Source: Macrostomum lignano (lineage: Eukaryota). Taken from it: a stretch of 64,000 nt of DNA. Positions 50,931 to 62,603 of the stretch are shown piece by piece. The translations under genes were made by a program, and so were the position numbers. Within the stretch, counting starts at the first letter, position 1, and every line of letters begins with the position of its first letter. The notes below the pieces were generated by a model. It was not told the origin of the DNA, searched no databases, and saw only the letters and a program-made list of their open reading frames with translations. The stretch is taken from positions 1-64,000 of the forward strand of contig NIVC01000929.1 in the NCBI GenBank assembly GCA_002269645.1. Reading direction: 5' to 3'.

Positions 50931-53900
50931 TAGAGAGTGAAAAAGTAGAACAACTGAAAACAGTGAAAATATAGGAAGTAAAAACAGCATAAAAGGCTTC
51001 ATTATTAAGTATGGCCACAAAAATACCACACGGCGTATAAATATAATGTATTTTTTATGCGCAAGTGCGCTGTAACTGCCTGCTGCCACTTTGCGCAATA
51101 AAGACTCGCAGTTCAAAATATTTTTTAATGTTTTCGCTTTGCATTAAAATAAATAGCTTAACAGTCAACACAAAAGGGAGTGCAAAAATGCTGATGAAAG
51201 TGATAAAACTTTACTTTGATAACTTTTTTAATAGGAAAATTTACTATTTTTCGACTCGGGAAACGCACTTAATTTCGTTCACCGCGGAGTTCAGCGGCAG
51301 TCATTCAACACCGGAATTTAACAAAAAACGTTCTCCTGCAGTTCAGGAGCAACGCGCAACGCTGAAATTTTATGCGCACGTCGAAATCTGCCTATATTTT
51401 TCTTTGAAATATTGCATGACAGGTTTTCAGCTCTCTGGAAGGATTTATTGGGTTCACCGCCGGTTTCACCCCCCCCCCAAAAAAAATAACAAAAATCGCC
51501 CTCCTGATGTCCAGGGGCAACGCGCAGAGCCAAAAATCTAGGCGCATCTCTAGTTTTACTTGCGCTATCGATTATATATATTTTTAAGCCTTAAAAATAA
51601 AGTTAAAAATCCGGTGAACCCAAGTGCCGGTGAATTCAGTAGTTAGTCCTGGTGGGTTCCGGTTAATTCGTTCGTTTCAACCGTTCAAATCGGCGCGGTT
51701 TCGACGATTCAAACAAACTTAAGCCGATACGGGAAACTTCAAAATAAGCTAATTTGTCGAGAGTGTTACTAATAGTAGTAGTTAGCTGCCACCACCACGG
51801 TTACACGCGGGAAAAGCTCTAAAGCTCAAAACTAGCTCGAGTTTGCTCTAGGACTTCTCTTGAGACCGCTCAAGAGAGGTTCAAATAAAGCTTCCGAGGT
51901 CACGAAGGCTAAGACACCGTTTCAACACAAGATTAAATTGGCTGGCGTATTGAAGGGCAAGAAACTGAATACATATTATTATTGTACCAACACGGAATTC
52001 GAGCACGCAACTATAAGCAAGTTCGCTATTGTCAAATTAGTAGCAACTTAAATTGATGGGTTGGACGAGGAGCTGGTCGGATCGGGATGCTGGGCTTGCA
52101 GGTAGGGTCCCTCGTATTTGGGCTGCAAAAGAGTCTGCTAAGGTCCTAACGGTCGGGGTAGGGTCCAAACGAGAGTCTAGCCGGCAGAGGAGGGGCGCAG
52201 ACTCCTAAATACGCTCTCATGAGCCACCGAGAAGAAAGGGGGGTTTACCCCGGGTGGGACAGGAGAGACACACAGCGGAAAAGGGGGCGGTACACCGGGC
52301 GGTAACGACAAAACACCAGCGGGTACAGGCAGCGGGAAGAAAGGTTACATTAAGAGTAAAATTTCGATGACGTCAGGATGGCGAAAATACCGAGTGAGTA
52401 ATTCCGCACAGTGACATACATCGGGTGGGGCGGACAAGTGGCGGCCTCGCCTGCCACAGTTTCCTCTGTACGGCAAATGTGGTCGTTGTTTCTTATAAAC
52501 ATTTTCTTAAACAACAAGTAATTTTTTTTGGTATTGTTTTGACTTCTAAGAGAAGCGTTAAGAAAATAAACCATTATTCCAGTTTAACTGTCAAAAAAAC
52601 ATGCACATCTACTTTTTGCCCTCTGACGAAATGACCAAAGACTGTTTGACGAAAAGGCTTTTGACGAAAATGTTTACGAAGAAAAGTCCTGTAAAGGATA
52701 ACAAAAGCAACGTATATACAGGACGCGACACTCACGTTTCATTGAGAAAGTTTTGAAGGCCACTTTTCGCCGAAAAATACACTACGGAGATTAAGAACTC
52801 TGTGTCCATTTTTGATTCTACGTACATTTACACGTACAAAAAAATTACAAAAATGCATGACACAGCTCAAATCTTTAGTTTTATGAATCTATTTTAACAT
52901 CTCTGTTATGATGAGGACGCACTTTTTTTTCCAAATATCACGCTCGCACATGGGTTCCAAACTTGGACATTTTGCTTTCTTTTGTGTAATTTTCCTAGTA
53001 TTCACACAAGTAGGATTTCTGTAGCTATATAATTTTGCCATACATGTAGTCATTTTAGCATAGGCGCGGTTTTTTGCTATTTTTGGGGTCATAAATCATA
53101 GCTTGTAGGCGTGTCTGACATCCACCTGCGCCTCACTCAGTGTTGTTGAAGCTGGCGCCAGATGGTCTGAGAAGATGCGGGCCGTTGGCCTTTTTCTTTT
53201 TCTTTTTTTGACAGGCCATCAGATTTATGAGGTCAGGGCCCGTTGTTCATGTTCACTCAAGCGTTGGACAGCCCTGACAGCTATGCGTTTTACTCCTAAA
53301 AGTACTTTGGGATTAGCGATTAGCGATTTCTCTTCACTATCTTCACTTTCTACTTAATAAGAGCTTTCTAATGTATATTTTTTCAATAATTTTTGTAATT
53401 CCTACGCGAAAGGTCATAAATCATAATGTAGCGATTTTTAGTGATTTATGACAACACCTGGCGTATTTTTATGGCCCCGAGGGAACTGATAGGATCTTTT
53501 GGTCACGTGAGCTTGGGTGGTGACAAGCTCAGCCAATCAGAAAATTCGATGTCAGTTATAACAAATCGGCTCAGTCAATCAGCGTTGAGGTGTTCCATTT
53601 TAACAAATTGCGGCTCCCATCCCGGAGTCACGACCGTCGTCTCTTGATCCTCGGATTGCGAAAACTCCCCTCATCATCAAGGACGTCCCCCGGTCGAAGC
53701 ATCGAGGTTAAGAGCATCACCTGCTAGCTATCTGCAGCGATTGTAACAGCATCATCCCGGGCCTACAGCTGCGAAGCACTAAGCCGATTCGGTCACTGTG
53801 GATTACCTGGTCTCCGGCTGTTGAGTTTCTGATTGATTGGGTGAGAGGCTACCTAGAATTGCTTGATTGAGTGTTTCCTTATCTGTCCCCTATTTCAGTA

Positions 53901-55164
53901 GCTGGATTAGGCGCTAACTTTTGCTCATTTTGTCCAGTAGTGCTGTTATTGAGGCAGAAATCATTCAACTGTTAGTAGTCTAATTACTCCGATTCAATCT
54001 GAAGTGAGAAGTGATTTAGTGAGGTTAAACCTGGCAGTTATTTTTATCGGTTTTATTTCTTTGTTTGCCGATGGCTCAGATGAGGAGCTAAGCTAGTAGG
54101 CGCCGGTCTCAGTGGACCAATGGCAAGGCAGTTCTCAGTCGATCAATTTATCAAATCAATATTTGCCAAATATTTATTAATATTTCGTTAACTATTGGCG
54201 AATTCGCCAATAGTGCAAAATCGGCGCTAGAGATGTACTTCTGTGCACTCTAAATTCGCCAAGCGGCTCGGGTAATGAATCATGCGATCTCTGAAGTTTG
54301 AGTTAGTCTATCATCAGCGCTACGAGAGGCTGGTTAGCACGTTGAAGGCCAGAAGTACAATCCCTCGTATTTAGCAATGTAATAGTACATGTAGCTACCC
54401 CATAGTCTCGCCACTGCAAGAATCCCCTGCACAAGTCCCCTCTGTACCTGCATGGCCAATGCGATCTAGTCCCAGCAGTGTCCCTTATCATCGGCTTTGA
54501 CTTCGAGATTGACAGCAAAAAGACACTAGTTGACAGGTAAGTGCTAAGCCCCTTTTATAGTCGGAAGCCCGATTTCGAAAGTTCCAGTTTGGTGAGCCAG
54601 AACGCACGGGCTGGTGGCAGCGAGTTAGTTAATCTGCGGATTGGCTGATCTCTACCTTCAAAATTCTCCCTGCTTGTCTCTCGTTGTCCCTCTCTTAGCT
54701 ATAGGACCTAGACTGCTCGCCACAGATCAAGCTACATTGGTGCTGACAATCTGACAGGAGTGGGGGGCGGCCAGGACTCCAATTGATTCATTTCTGAGAC
54801 CTGAGGCCCGGAGGCTTTTCCAAAGCCGAAAAGGCCGAAACCCATCAGTTACATATTTTGTTACATAGTCTGCTACAAATGACAAAATAGATTCATAAAA
54901 CCAATGTTTGTTGCCCAGCAAAAATACATTTTTATAATATTGTCATAATGTGAGAAAATTCGGGGCGTCAATGTCGAAAATTCCGGGCTCTGTGTTGTCA
55001 CATACAAGAAGTTTTAAGTGTTTATGGCCATTCTTTCTCCTCATTTGTCAATTTAGGACCATAGACATGTAGGCATAGGTATTTATGGGCTTAGATTCAC
55101 TGTAAAAGGAAAAAGAACGTCAGGATAAATTTTAATTTGTTAGCATGCTCTTACCACGCTTCAA

Positions 55165-56464
55165 ACATGATCAATCACTTAATCAATTATTCATATTTGC
55201 CTGGAGAAGTTGTATCTGGTATTTCGACCGAAGAGCTGGCCTGGATTTCAGCGGAGTCAAACTGCCGGTATTTGGAGGAATTGAGCAAGGAATTCGCGGA
55301 CAAGGTCGAGTCAGAAGAGATTCTCGACATTCCAGACGACGTGATTGAAGAGCTAAATGAGCTAGAACGCGATGGTATACCCGATTCTTCTGCTCGACAG
55401 ATGGAGGACAATATACGAGCGTAGACTGTTTAAAGAGATTTCTGGAAGATAACAAGCTGTCAACTGATATCTATTACTAATTCCAAAGTCTATTTTGGCT
55501 AATTATCTGCGCTTCTTCTATTCGAGACTAAGAACAAAGGACAATCTGTACTATGCTCCAGCAAGTCTGATCTGCATTCGAGCAGGACTGCATCGCTTTT
55601 TCTGTCTAAACCGCCCGGATATTAATATTATTGCGGACATTGCCTTTGCCAGCGCCAATCGGATGCTGGTATCAATGGTGCGGAAGTACAAGCTGGCTAA
55701 TCAGCCTAAATCTCGAGAGGGATTCGCTGCGATTGAGAAGAGTGATCTACAGAAGATTACGAGCTATAAATTATTTTGACAGGTCTAATGGAGTCGTACT
55801 GCAAGACGAGGTCATGTTTCATCTAATTTACTACTTTGGATTGCGTGGACGAGAAACTTTACCAACTCTAACTAAAGAAAGCTTCGCGTTTCTACAAGAT
55901 TCTGAGGGGCGTGAATATGTCGCCCTGAATCATGACCTTCTGAGTAAGAACTCAAGGGCATCTCTGAAGAAGACCGAATTACAGGATACTAAACAAGCAC
56001 ACATGTACTGTGAGCCTAAAAATAGGATGTACCTTCAGTGCCTAAACAATCTTAAAATCGAGTTGCTTTTTTCAAAGCCGTGTGTCAACGTTTCGAAAAG
56101 TATATTGGATAAGCGCTGGTACTGTGGCTCCCGTACGGTTGGCAAGAACACGATAGATCAACTGATGAGTCGACTTTCAACTAAACTGGGTCTCTCTAAG
56201 CGATACACGAATCATTGCATTCGTGTAACGCACGTTACTGTTGTGAAGGAGCATGGATTTTCGAATTCCGCGTTTGCTTGTAGCACTGGTCACAAAAACC
56301 CAGAGAGTCTAGAACGATACTCAAGGATTAGGAGAGACGCCGACTTTAGAGCTATGTCCGAAGCCCTGTCCGTTGACGCTAGTACATCGACCGTGTGCGT
56401 TAAGCGTGTGGGCTCTACCGGTGTAATGTCAATCAAGGAATCAGTAGGTACTGTTGTACTTTGA
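55165..56464 (+). pseudogene. Crypton-type (DUF3504-like) tyrosine recombinase, frameshifted in the N-terminal half
   Basis: LANYLRFFY...RTK...Y...SL..IRAGLHR; FGLRGRE; VGKNTI..LM; YTNHCIR; TGHKNPESLERY. The R-H-R-H-Y catalytic set is present; about three frame breaks lie between 55420 and 55780. Confidence 0.88.
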
Positions 56465-57087
56465 GGCAGCGTGGCCAAATGAAAAAGATGCGAGAAGCGA
56501 TTGCAGGGTAGAAAAAGTCACAAAGGCTTGAAAGGCCGGTGCGCACTTATATTATAGTTAAACTACTAACCAGCATGATTCAGCAGACATCAAACCCCAC
56601 ACCCGGCCTAGACCGGTCTGGGCAGACAGACAAACCCCCCAGCCAATCAGAACGCAAGAACCCTAACCGGCGTACAAGCCGCATACACAACAGGTACCTG
56701 CGAAGTTCATCAAGCTGAAGGCCAACCTGATACGCCTTTGCCCGTTTCAACGATTAGTGTCAATTTTTCTGGCACATTTTAAAATTGTACGTTCGATTTT
56801 AAAGGCCTGAATAACTAGCGGACCCAATGTCTGATAATGAATAATTTGGCGCGTTAACGGCAACTCAACTGACTAACTGTTGACTAACTTGTCTTTTAAA
56901 ACCACATTGTATGTGCATGTTTTGTTCTGTTGCTTTGTTTGTTTTCCGTCTACTGAAATAAAAATGTCATCGACAATTCGATGCAGGAATGCTACATTGA
57001 TGCCCTGAAAATGTAGGAATATGCCCTAAAAAATTATGACAATGACCACAGACAATTTTGTGCAGCAGAGTTGCTGAATCCAATTTT

Positions 57088-57407
57088 ACGAAGCTCTTAT
57101 CAGTCTACCACTGATATATTCCTGCACGGTCACGAGTGCGGGAATGACATCTGCACGAGTGCGCGCTAGCGCACGAGTACACGATGTCCTTCACGCACGA
57201 GTGAACGTGAAGGAATTCCATTGTCGGATGATTCATCGTGCAGGAATGCACAAAACCGTGCAGGAATGCATTTCTGCGCCTAATGCTTTTTCAGTGAGAT
57301 TTTACCATAGACATCCATTCCTGCACGCAAAAGAGTGCAAGAATGCCATTCTTGCATGGAAAATCAGCCGACAATGGTAAGACGAAGCTCTTATCAGTCT
57401 ACCACTG
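57088..57407. repeat. ~290-bp hairpin-rich GTGCAGGAAT module flanked by a 26-bp direct repeat
   Basis: ACGAAGCTCTTATCAGTCTACCACTG at 57088-57113 and 57382-57407. Confidence 0.8.
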
Positions 57408-57522
57408 GTAAGAAGTCATAGATAAAATCAAGCAAATTTTGATCCACCTTCGAAGCAGGATAAAATTGGCCAACTAATTGGCCGACACATTTGAGGCTGG
57501 ATAGAAACAAGTAATAAAAGTC

Positions 57523-58581
57523 ATGGACCTTCTGCAATTGTGGAATGTCAATGATCAAGAACCTGTTCATCGTGCAGAGAGAGTCTTCGTCCAAAGGATG
57601 TTCTTCGAGGACGACAGGGATTTTGTGCAGCGCTTCCGTTTGAACAGAAATACGTTTGAAGAGCTGGAACACCTGGTCGGACCCGTTCTTCAGCAACAAA
57701 CGAATCGTAGCTTCGCCTTGACACCGACTCAGAAAATACTGACAGCGTTACGTTTCTACGTTACAAACTCGTTTTACCATTTGATCAGGGATGCGCATGG
57801 ACCGACTGAGGCAACTGTTTGTCAGGTTGTAAAGCGTGTCACTTGGGCCATTAATGATACACTGTTTCAAGATGTCGTGCGCTGGCCCCAGCAAGGTGTG
57901 GACAATCTGGCAGTGGAATTTTTCCAGCTTGGTGTCATGCCTGGCATCTGTGGCGCCGTAGATGGAACATTGATTAATATTCACACCCCACATGAGAACG
58001 AGGCTCAGTTCGTGGACAGAAAGGGTGGACATTCACTCAACGTCATGGTTGTCTGCGGACCGAAGCACCAACTTTTCTACGTGAATTCTTCGTGGCCAGG
58101 TAGCGTGAACGACGCACGTGTGCTACGAAACTCCAATCTGTTTACTAGTTTCGAGCGACACGGCTTCCGCTTTTTTCCTGGGTGTGTCCTGCTTGGTGAC
58201 TCAATCTATCCCTGCCTTCAGTGGTTGATTCCCCCTGTTCTGCGAAACAACTTGACTCAGGCAGAGATTCGGTTCTACTCAGCTCATAGCCGCACACGCA
58301 GCATCGTCGAAAGGGCCATTGGCTTGCTAAAAATCCGATTTTTATGTCTGCGCATATTAAGAGTCAAGGGATCCGCGTACGCCAGTGAAATCGTTAAAGC
58401 TTGTTCAGTGCTGCACAACTTATGCAATGTACACGAGGGTGCCATCAATGACGGTGCAGTTCTGCAGTATTTTGCGGAAATTGAGAACGTCGCGATTGGT
58501 GTGGATGGCGTTCAGCAGGACTTAACGCGCCGCGATCAACTCGTTGCCTTTTTTCAAAGAAGTTATTCTCAGGAACAATAG
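57523..58581 (+). CDS. PIF/Harbinger transposase (DDE_Tnp_4, HARBI1-like), intact 352 aa
   Basis: FVQRFRL, LTALRFY, GAVDGTLI, RKGGHSLNV, PGSVNDARV, LLGDSIYP, RSIVERAIGLLKIRF; the D-D-E triad is present. Confidence 0.95.
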   Translation: MDLLQLWNVNDQEPVHRAERVFVQRMFFEDDRDFVQRFRLNRNTFEELEHLVGPVLQQQTNRSFALTPTQKILTALRFYVTNSFYHLIRDAHGPTEATVCQVVKRVTWAINDTLFQDVVRWPQQGVDNLAVEFFQLGVMPGICGAVDGTLINIHTPHENEAQFVDRKGGHSLNVMVVCGPKHQLFYVNSSWPGSVNDARVLRNSNLFTSFERHGFRFFPGCVLLGDSIYPCLQWLIPPVLRNNLTQAEIRFYSAHSRTRSIVERAIGLLKIRFLCLRILRVKGSAYASEIVKACSVLHNLCNVHEGAINDGAVLQYFAEIENVAIGVDGVQQDLTRRDQLVAFFQRSYSQEQ

Positions 58582-58597
58582 GTGCTGATATTTATTT

Positions 58598-58705
58598 AAT
58601 ATATTATTATTATTATTATTATTATCATTATTATTATTATTATTATTATTATCATTATTATTATTATTATTATTATTATCATTATCATTAATATTATTAT
58701 TATTC
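58598..58705. repeat. (ATT/ATC)n microsatellite between the convergent Harbinger genes
   Basis: Read directly. Confidence 0.95.
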
Positions 58706-58760
58706 AATATTTATTCACTCGATCAAGTTGCTGACACGTTGTCTTCTTGTTGAAGCTTGT

Positions 58761-59144
58761 TTATGGCTCAAACGCAGACGGAGCACTGTGCGAGATGCTC
58801 GACGCGCTAGCTGATGTGCCGGCACAGGACGGAGTATCTTTGAGCACGGTGCTCTCAGTGACTTGCTGACCTTGTGTCACTGGTGATTCTTTGCCTATGA
58901 TCTTTAAGACAATCTCGTCTACGTCAGCTAGCTCAGGTGCTTTACCTCCAGCGGCGCCAGTCTGCTTACTGTTGTCGACTTTCTTCAAAGTCGCGCTCCG
59001 CAGGTTCTTCCACGTCACGTCACGGAGATGCTGCACGGTGGCCGCATCCGTGTACCCGATTGCGCGCAGCACCTCAATTATTTCCGACCACGCTTCCTTC
59101 GTCCGTCGGTTGCCATCACTGATGTTGGTAAAGCTTTCAAACAA
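58761..59144 (-). CDS. Harbinger partner Myb/SANT-like DNA-binding protein (N-terminus missing or interrupted)
   Basis: LFES...TKEAWSEIIEVL...HLRDVTWKNLRS..LKK....KQTGAAGG; convergent with the transposase, as is typical for the family. Confidence 0.8.
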   Translation of the reverse strand: MFESFTNISDGNRRTKEAWSEIIEVLRAIGYTDAATVQHLRDVTWKNLRSATLKKVDNSKQTGAAGGKAPELADVDEIVLKIIGKESPVTQGQQVTESTVLKDTPSCAGTSASASSISHSAPSAFEP

Positions 59145-60009
59145 GGTTTTTTACGCTCTAAAATTTCGCGCAAACCAAGCGACAGCTTTTATCAGAATAT
59201 CGTAAAATCGAAAAAATAAAGACTGATAAATTATTGGCTACCAGTGATTTTGTAGAGATCTCCAAACGCAGTAGACTACTAGAAGTTAGTAAGATAAAAT
59301 TATGAATACAAATTTAAAAATAGCTACACGTCATACTCTATTTGTAGTAACCCAGTAACATCACGAAAACAGAGAGTGACTATCCTATTGTTCGAAAAAC
59401 CGGTTTTCAACATCTATTTTTAGAACTTCCAAATATGGTAAATGTTAACCTGAATGCGACCCAAGTCTCACCCTTTTCTAATCAAAAATCCCACCTGTCA
59501 AGTAATAAAATTCCTTTCTTGACCTCATCGAAAAACCGGTTTTGAGCTCAAGGTCGACTCAAGGCCGGCAAATTGTGTATAAATACAAACGCAAAATCCG
59601 AGCTGAAATCTCAGACTCGGAGCAGCCTCCAAAGATCTTGGGCTTTACAAGAGCAGCCAAACGAGGCTATATCTCTGAGGAAGAGATAAACACCAATTGG
59701 TAAGCTTTGTTCAAGTCTTCGTTATTTTGATTATTGAGAGCGATTGTTATTGCCGGCCGTTACTGTTCAGTTGATTTTATGGAGTCTATTGAGTTTGAGG
59801 CCTCCCCTTTCCTAAGGGATTGGATAGGATCTGCGGACGGATTCCAATACTCTTAGAGGATTATCGAGTTATTGATTTTGGATTATCCTAGAGTAACCGA
59901 TAGGAGCACACGACTCCGATTCCGTTATTTCTATAAGAAGAGGCCGTTTCTGGAGGACCTCGTCATTGTTAAAGAATTGAGTTTGTTAATAAGGGCGCAT
60001 CGCTGATTC

Positions 60010-60130
60010 GACACTCGAGGAATTATATTGATTTTGGCACTCGAGGAATTATATTAATTTTGGCACTCGAGGAATTATATTGATTTTGGGACTCGAGGAA
60101 TTATATTGATTTTGGCACGCGAGGAATACT
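60010..60130. repeat. 26-bp tandem repeat (GCACTCGAGGAATTATATTGATTTTG, about 4.5 copies)
   Basis: Read directly. Confidence 0.9.
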
Positions 60131-60427
60131 TCGACGTCTAAGGATTAAGTTCTTACGCTCTTACGTTTGGCCGATTTTAGAATTCAAGAAGACTATTCCG
60201 GAGGAAGAAGCCTTGAAGAAACGAGCTCGGAGAACCTGCCCGACAAAGAAGAGGAGCCCGCACCGGTAAGTGATCACTGAATTTTGTTCCCAGGCTTAAC
60301 GTCTGGAAGTGGGAGTTTGTGCGTCTAGACACTAGATTTAATTCTCTCTCTCTTCTATTTCTCTCTCTCTTTCCCTCTCTCTCTCTAGTGTGCTTAAGCG
60401 AACTCTTCAATTTCTCACCACAGGTTA

Positions 60428-60750
60428 TTCTTATTTGATCCAGCGTGCAAGAATGCTTTGGAAGTCGCCATATGCGTGCAGAAATGCAAGTGTCTATGGT
60501 AAAAACACCTTGAATTTACATGTGCACTCCGTGCAGGAATTTCAATCGTGCAAGAATGTAATGCGCAATGTTTCTATATTTAGCATAACAGCCATAGACT
60601 ACAAGCACGATCTTCTTTCCATCGTGCAAGAATGGAAGAATCTAGCACGCTGACGAGTGCGTCAATGGCTGAAACACGTGTTACGCGCACTCGTGTTTCA
60701 GCCATTGACGCACAAGTCAAAGTGCTTGATTCCCGTTCTTATTTGATCCA
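60428..60750. repeat. ~310-bp GTGCAAGAAT module flanked by a 15-bp direct repeat, containing a 22-bp-stem hairpin
   Basis: TTCTTATTTGATCCA at 60428-60442 and 60736-60750. Confidence 0.8.
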
Positions 60751-60992
60751 ACATATGTGGCTAAAGTAGACAAGGGTGGAGCTGGGGTGTGGAGTTAGAC
60801 TTTAACCATAGACAAAATATGCGCGAGCTAGTCTGAACATTCTCAGCCGACTGGCAGCAGCTAGTGCACAGCATCAAACCAAGGACAACTTGAAAACTTG
60901 ATTCAACACGCTACCTTTAACAGTCGAATTAAAAGTATTTTTTCATAGAAGCAGTCTAAATTCACTCCGAATCGTTACAGACTTGCAAGGAA

Positions 60993-61450
60993 ATGTTTTT
61001 GTCTCAGCTAGCCGACAGAATATCGGTCAAGATCAGGTACCGCCAACTATTAATACTTACCATCGCTTCAATACTAAGCCTAGGCTTACTTTTAGCCTTT
61101 TGGCCAAGGAGCAGCGAGATTACGTGCGAACAGACGACGGGAGTACCGAAGCCAAGAAGACAGATGCCGCAATTGCCGTCTCCTGAATTCTACATCCAGA
61201 AGCTGAGAAGACAGACACCGCCTCGTGGTGACGAGTTCGATCCTCGGATAAATGAGACCGAGCTGAGAGCCACTATGAAACTGATATGGGCGTTTCTGGA
61301 CCTGTGCGAGAAAAACGAAATTCAGGTGATGCTGCTCGGAGGCACTCTGCTGGGCTCCTACCGGCATCACGGCTTCATTCCGTGGGATGACGACCTCGAC
61401 CTGTTTCTCAAATGGGCCGACAACAAGAAGCTGTTAAAGGCATTTCAAGG
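60993..61450 (+). CDS. LicD-family (fukutin-related) nucleotidyltransferase, exon 1, type II membrane anchor
   Basis: TM segment LLILTIASILSLGLLLAFW, then LLGGTLLGSYRHHGFIPWDDDLDL; phase-2 donor GTATGA at 61451. Confidence 0.9.
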
Positions 61451-61779
61451 GTATGATATCGTGATGAACATTTTAATTTATGAAAATGTGAGACTTTGCA
61501 TTTAGGGATTAAGCTTAGCCTTCAGGCTCAATTATCACTATCACTATCAAGTATGAGATTCGAGTTTACGGCTCATGTTTTAATGAAGTCGGTAAAAGCG
61601 AAGAAAAAGTCCTTTAATGGCTCCCACCATTCTGCAACGAGGAGGTTTGGTTTCTTAAGACTTCAGGTCAGATCGATTATGACTTCGCTAACTCGAGGAC
61701 GTTCTTAAGTCGTCCTTATGGCATGCTAGGTACCTGGCTTAAGCGTAAAACTTCAAATGTATAAATAACAGGGGACGCT

Positions 61780-62050
61780 AGATTTCACGCGACTTGAACT
61801 TGAAGCGACTGATTTCTCGCAACTGGATTTAAAGCGACTGGATTTAGAGCGACTGGATTTGAGTTAGAGATATAGGTTTTTTCATTTAAGAGATTAAATT
61901 TATTTACGAGCTTTTAACAGTCGCGTGAAATCCAGTCGTCGCTTGAATTCCAGGTTGTTCCAAATCCAGTCGCGCTAATGCTGTCGCGCGAAATCAAGTC
62001 GCTAGAAAGAAGTCGCTTCAGTTCCAGGTCGCGCAATTTCCAGTCGTGCT
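61780..62050. mobile_element. Small foldback/MITE-like insert in the LicD intron
   Basis: GATTTCACGCGACT (61781-61794) versus AGTCGCGTGAAATC (61919-61932), with opposed GCGACTGG / CCAGTCGC clusters. Confidence 0.55.
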
Positions 62051-62603
62051 AGAGAAATTGACAAGTCTAGGCCTAGGGAATAAAGTTTTGTGACGTCAAG
62101 AGAGTTACAATAAAGTCTCGTACGCAAACAGAGTATTCGAGAAACGGCTCGACCTTTATTTGGTACGATATGAAGCCTCAGGGAAGTTGGTTGCATTATA
62201 GCTTGCGTCATGTCTCTGATGTCTCTATCTTCACGTCTTCTTTGAGTCTATATCTGACGTCTCTATGACGTCTCTATCTCTATCTCTATCTCTGTCTCTA
62301 TCTCTATCTCATCATTAGGTAAGAACTTTTCCTCTACAGTATTGTATTGAAAAATTAGAAACTTAATCAGAGATTTTCTGTTCAAATTTATCACGGTTAG
62401 CATTATAAAATTTCAAACCACACTTAAACAGGAAGTGAACCTCAATTTCGAACCCCACAAGTCACTTTGGCCGGCCATGTCAAATTCTTCTAAGGGATCT
62501 TTTGGTCTCGCAGTCCTCATGTTTCGCAGTCTATATTTTGGTTCTCTAATCTAAGCGGTGCTAATCTAAGCGTGCGCTTCTCGCACCACTTGATCTCCCT
62601 CAG

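Larger units (their letters stand above)
48391..51649. mobile_element. Non-autonomous element with ~550-bp terminal inverted repeats (48391-48941 and 51101-51649) and captured cargo
   Basis: GGACTAACTACTGAATTCACCGG... versus ...CCGGTGAATTCAGTAGTTAGTCC; near-identical arms. No transposase and no clear TSD seen. Confidence 0.88.

Noticed and set aside
48551-51541. Twin ORFs MFSLCIKINS... on opposite strands
   Set aside because: These are chance ORFs inside the two TIR copies, with no domain motifs.
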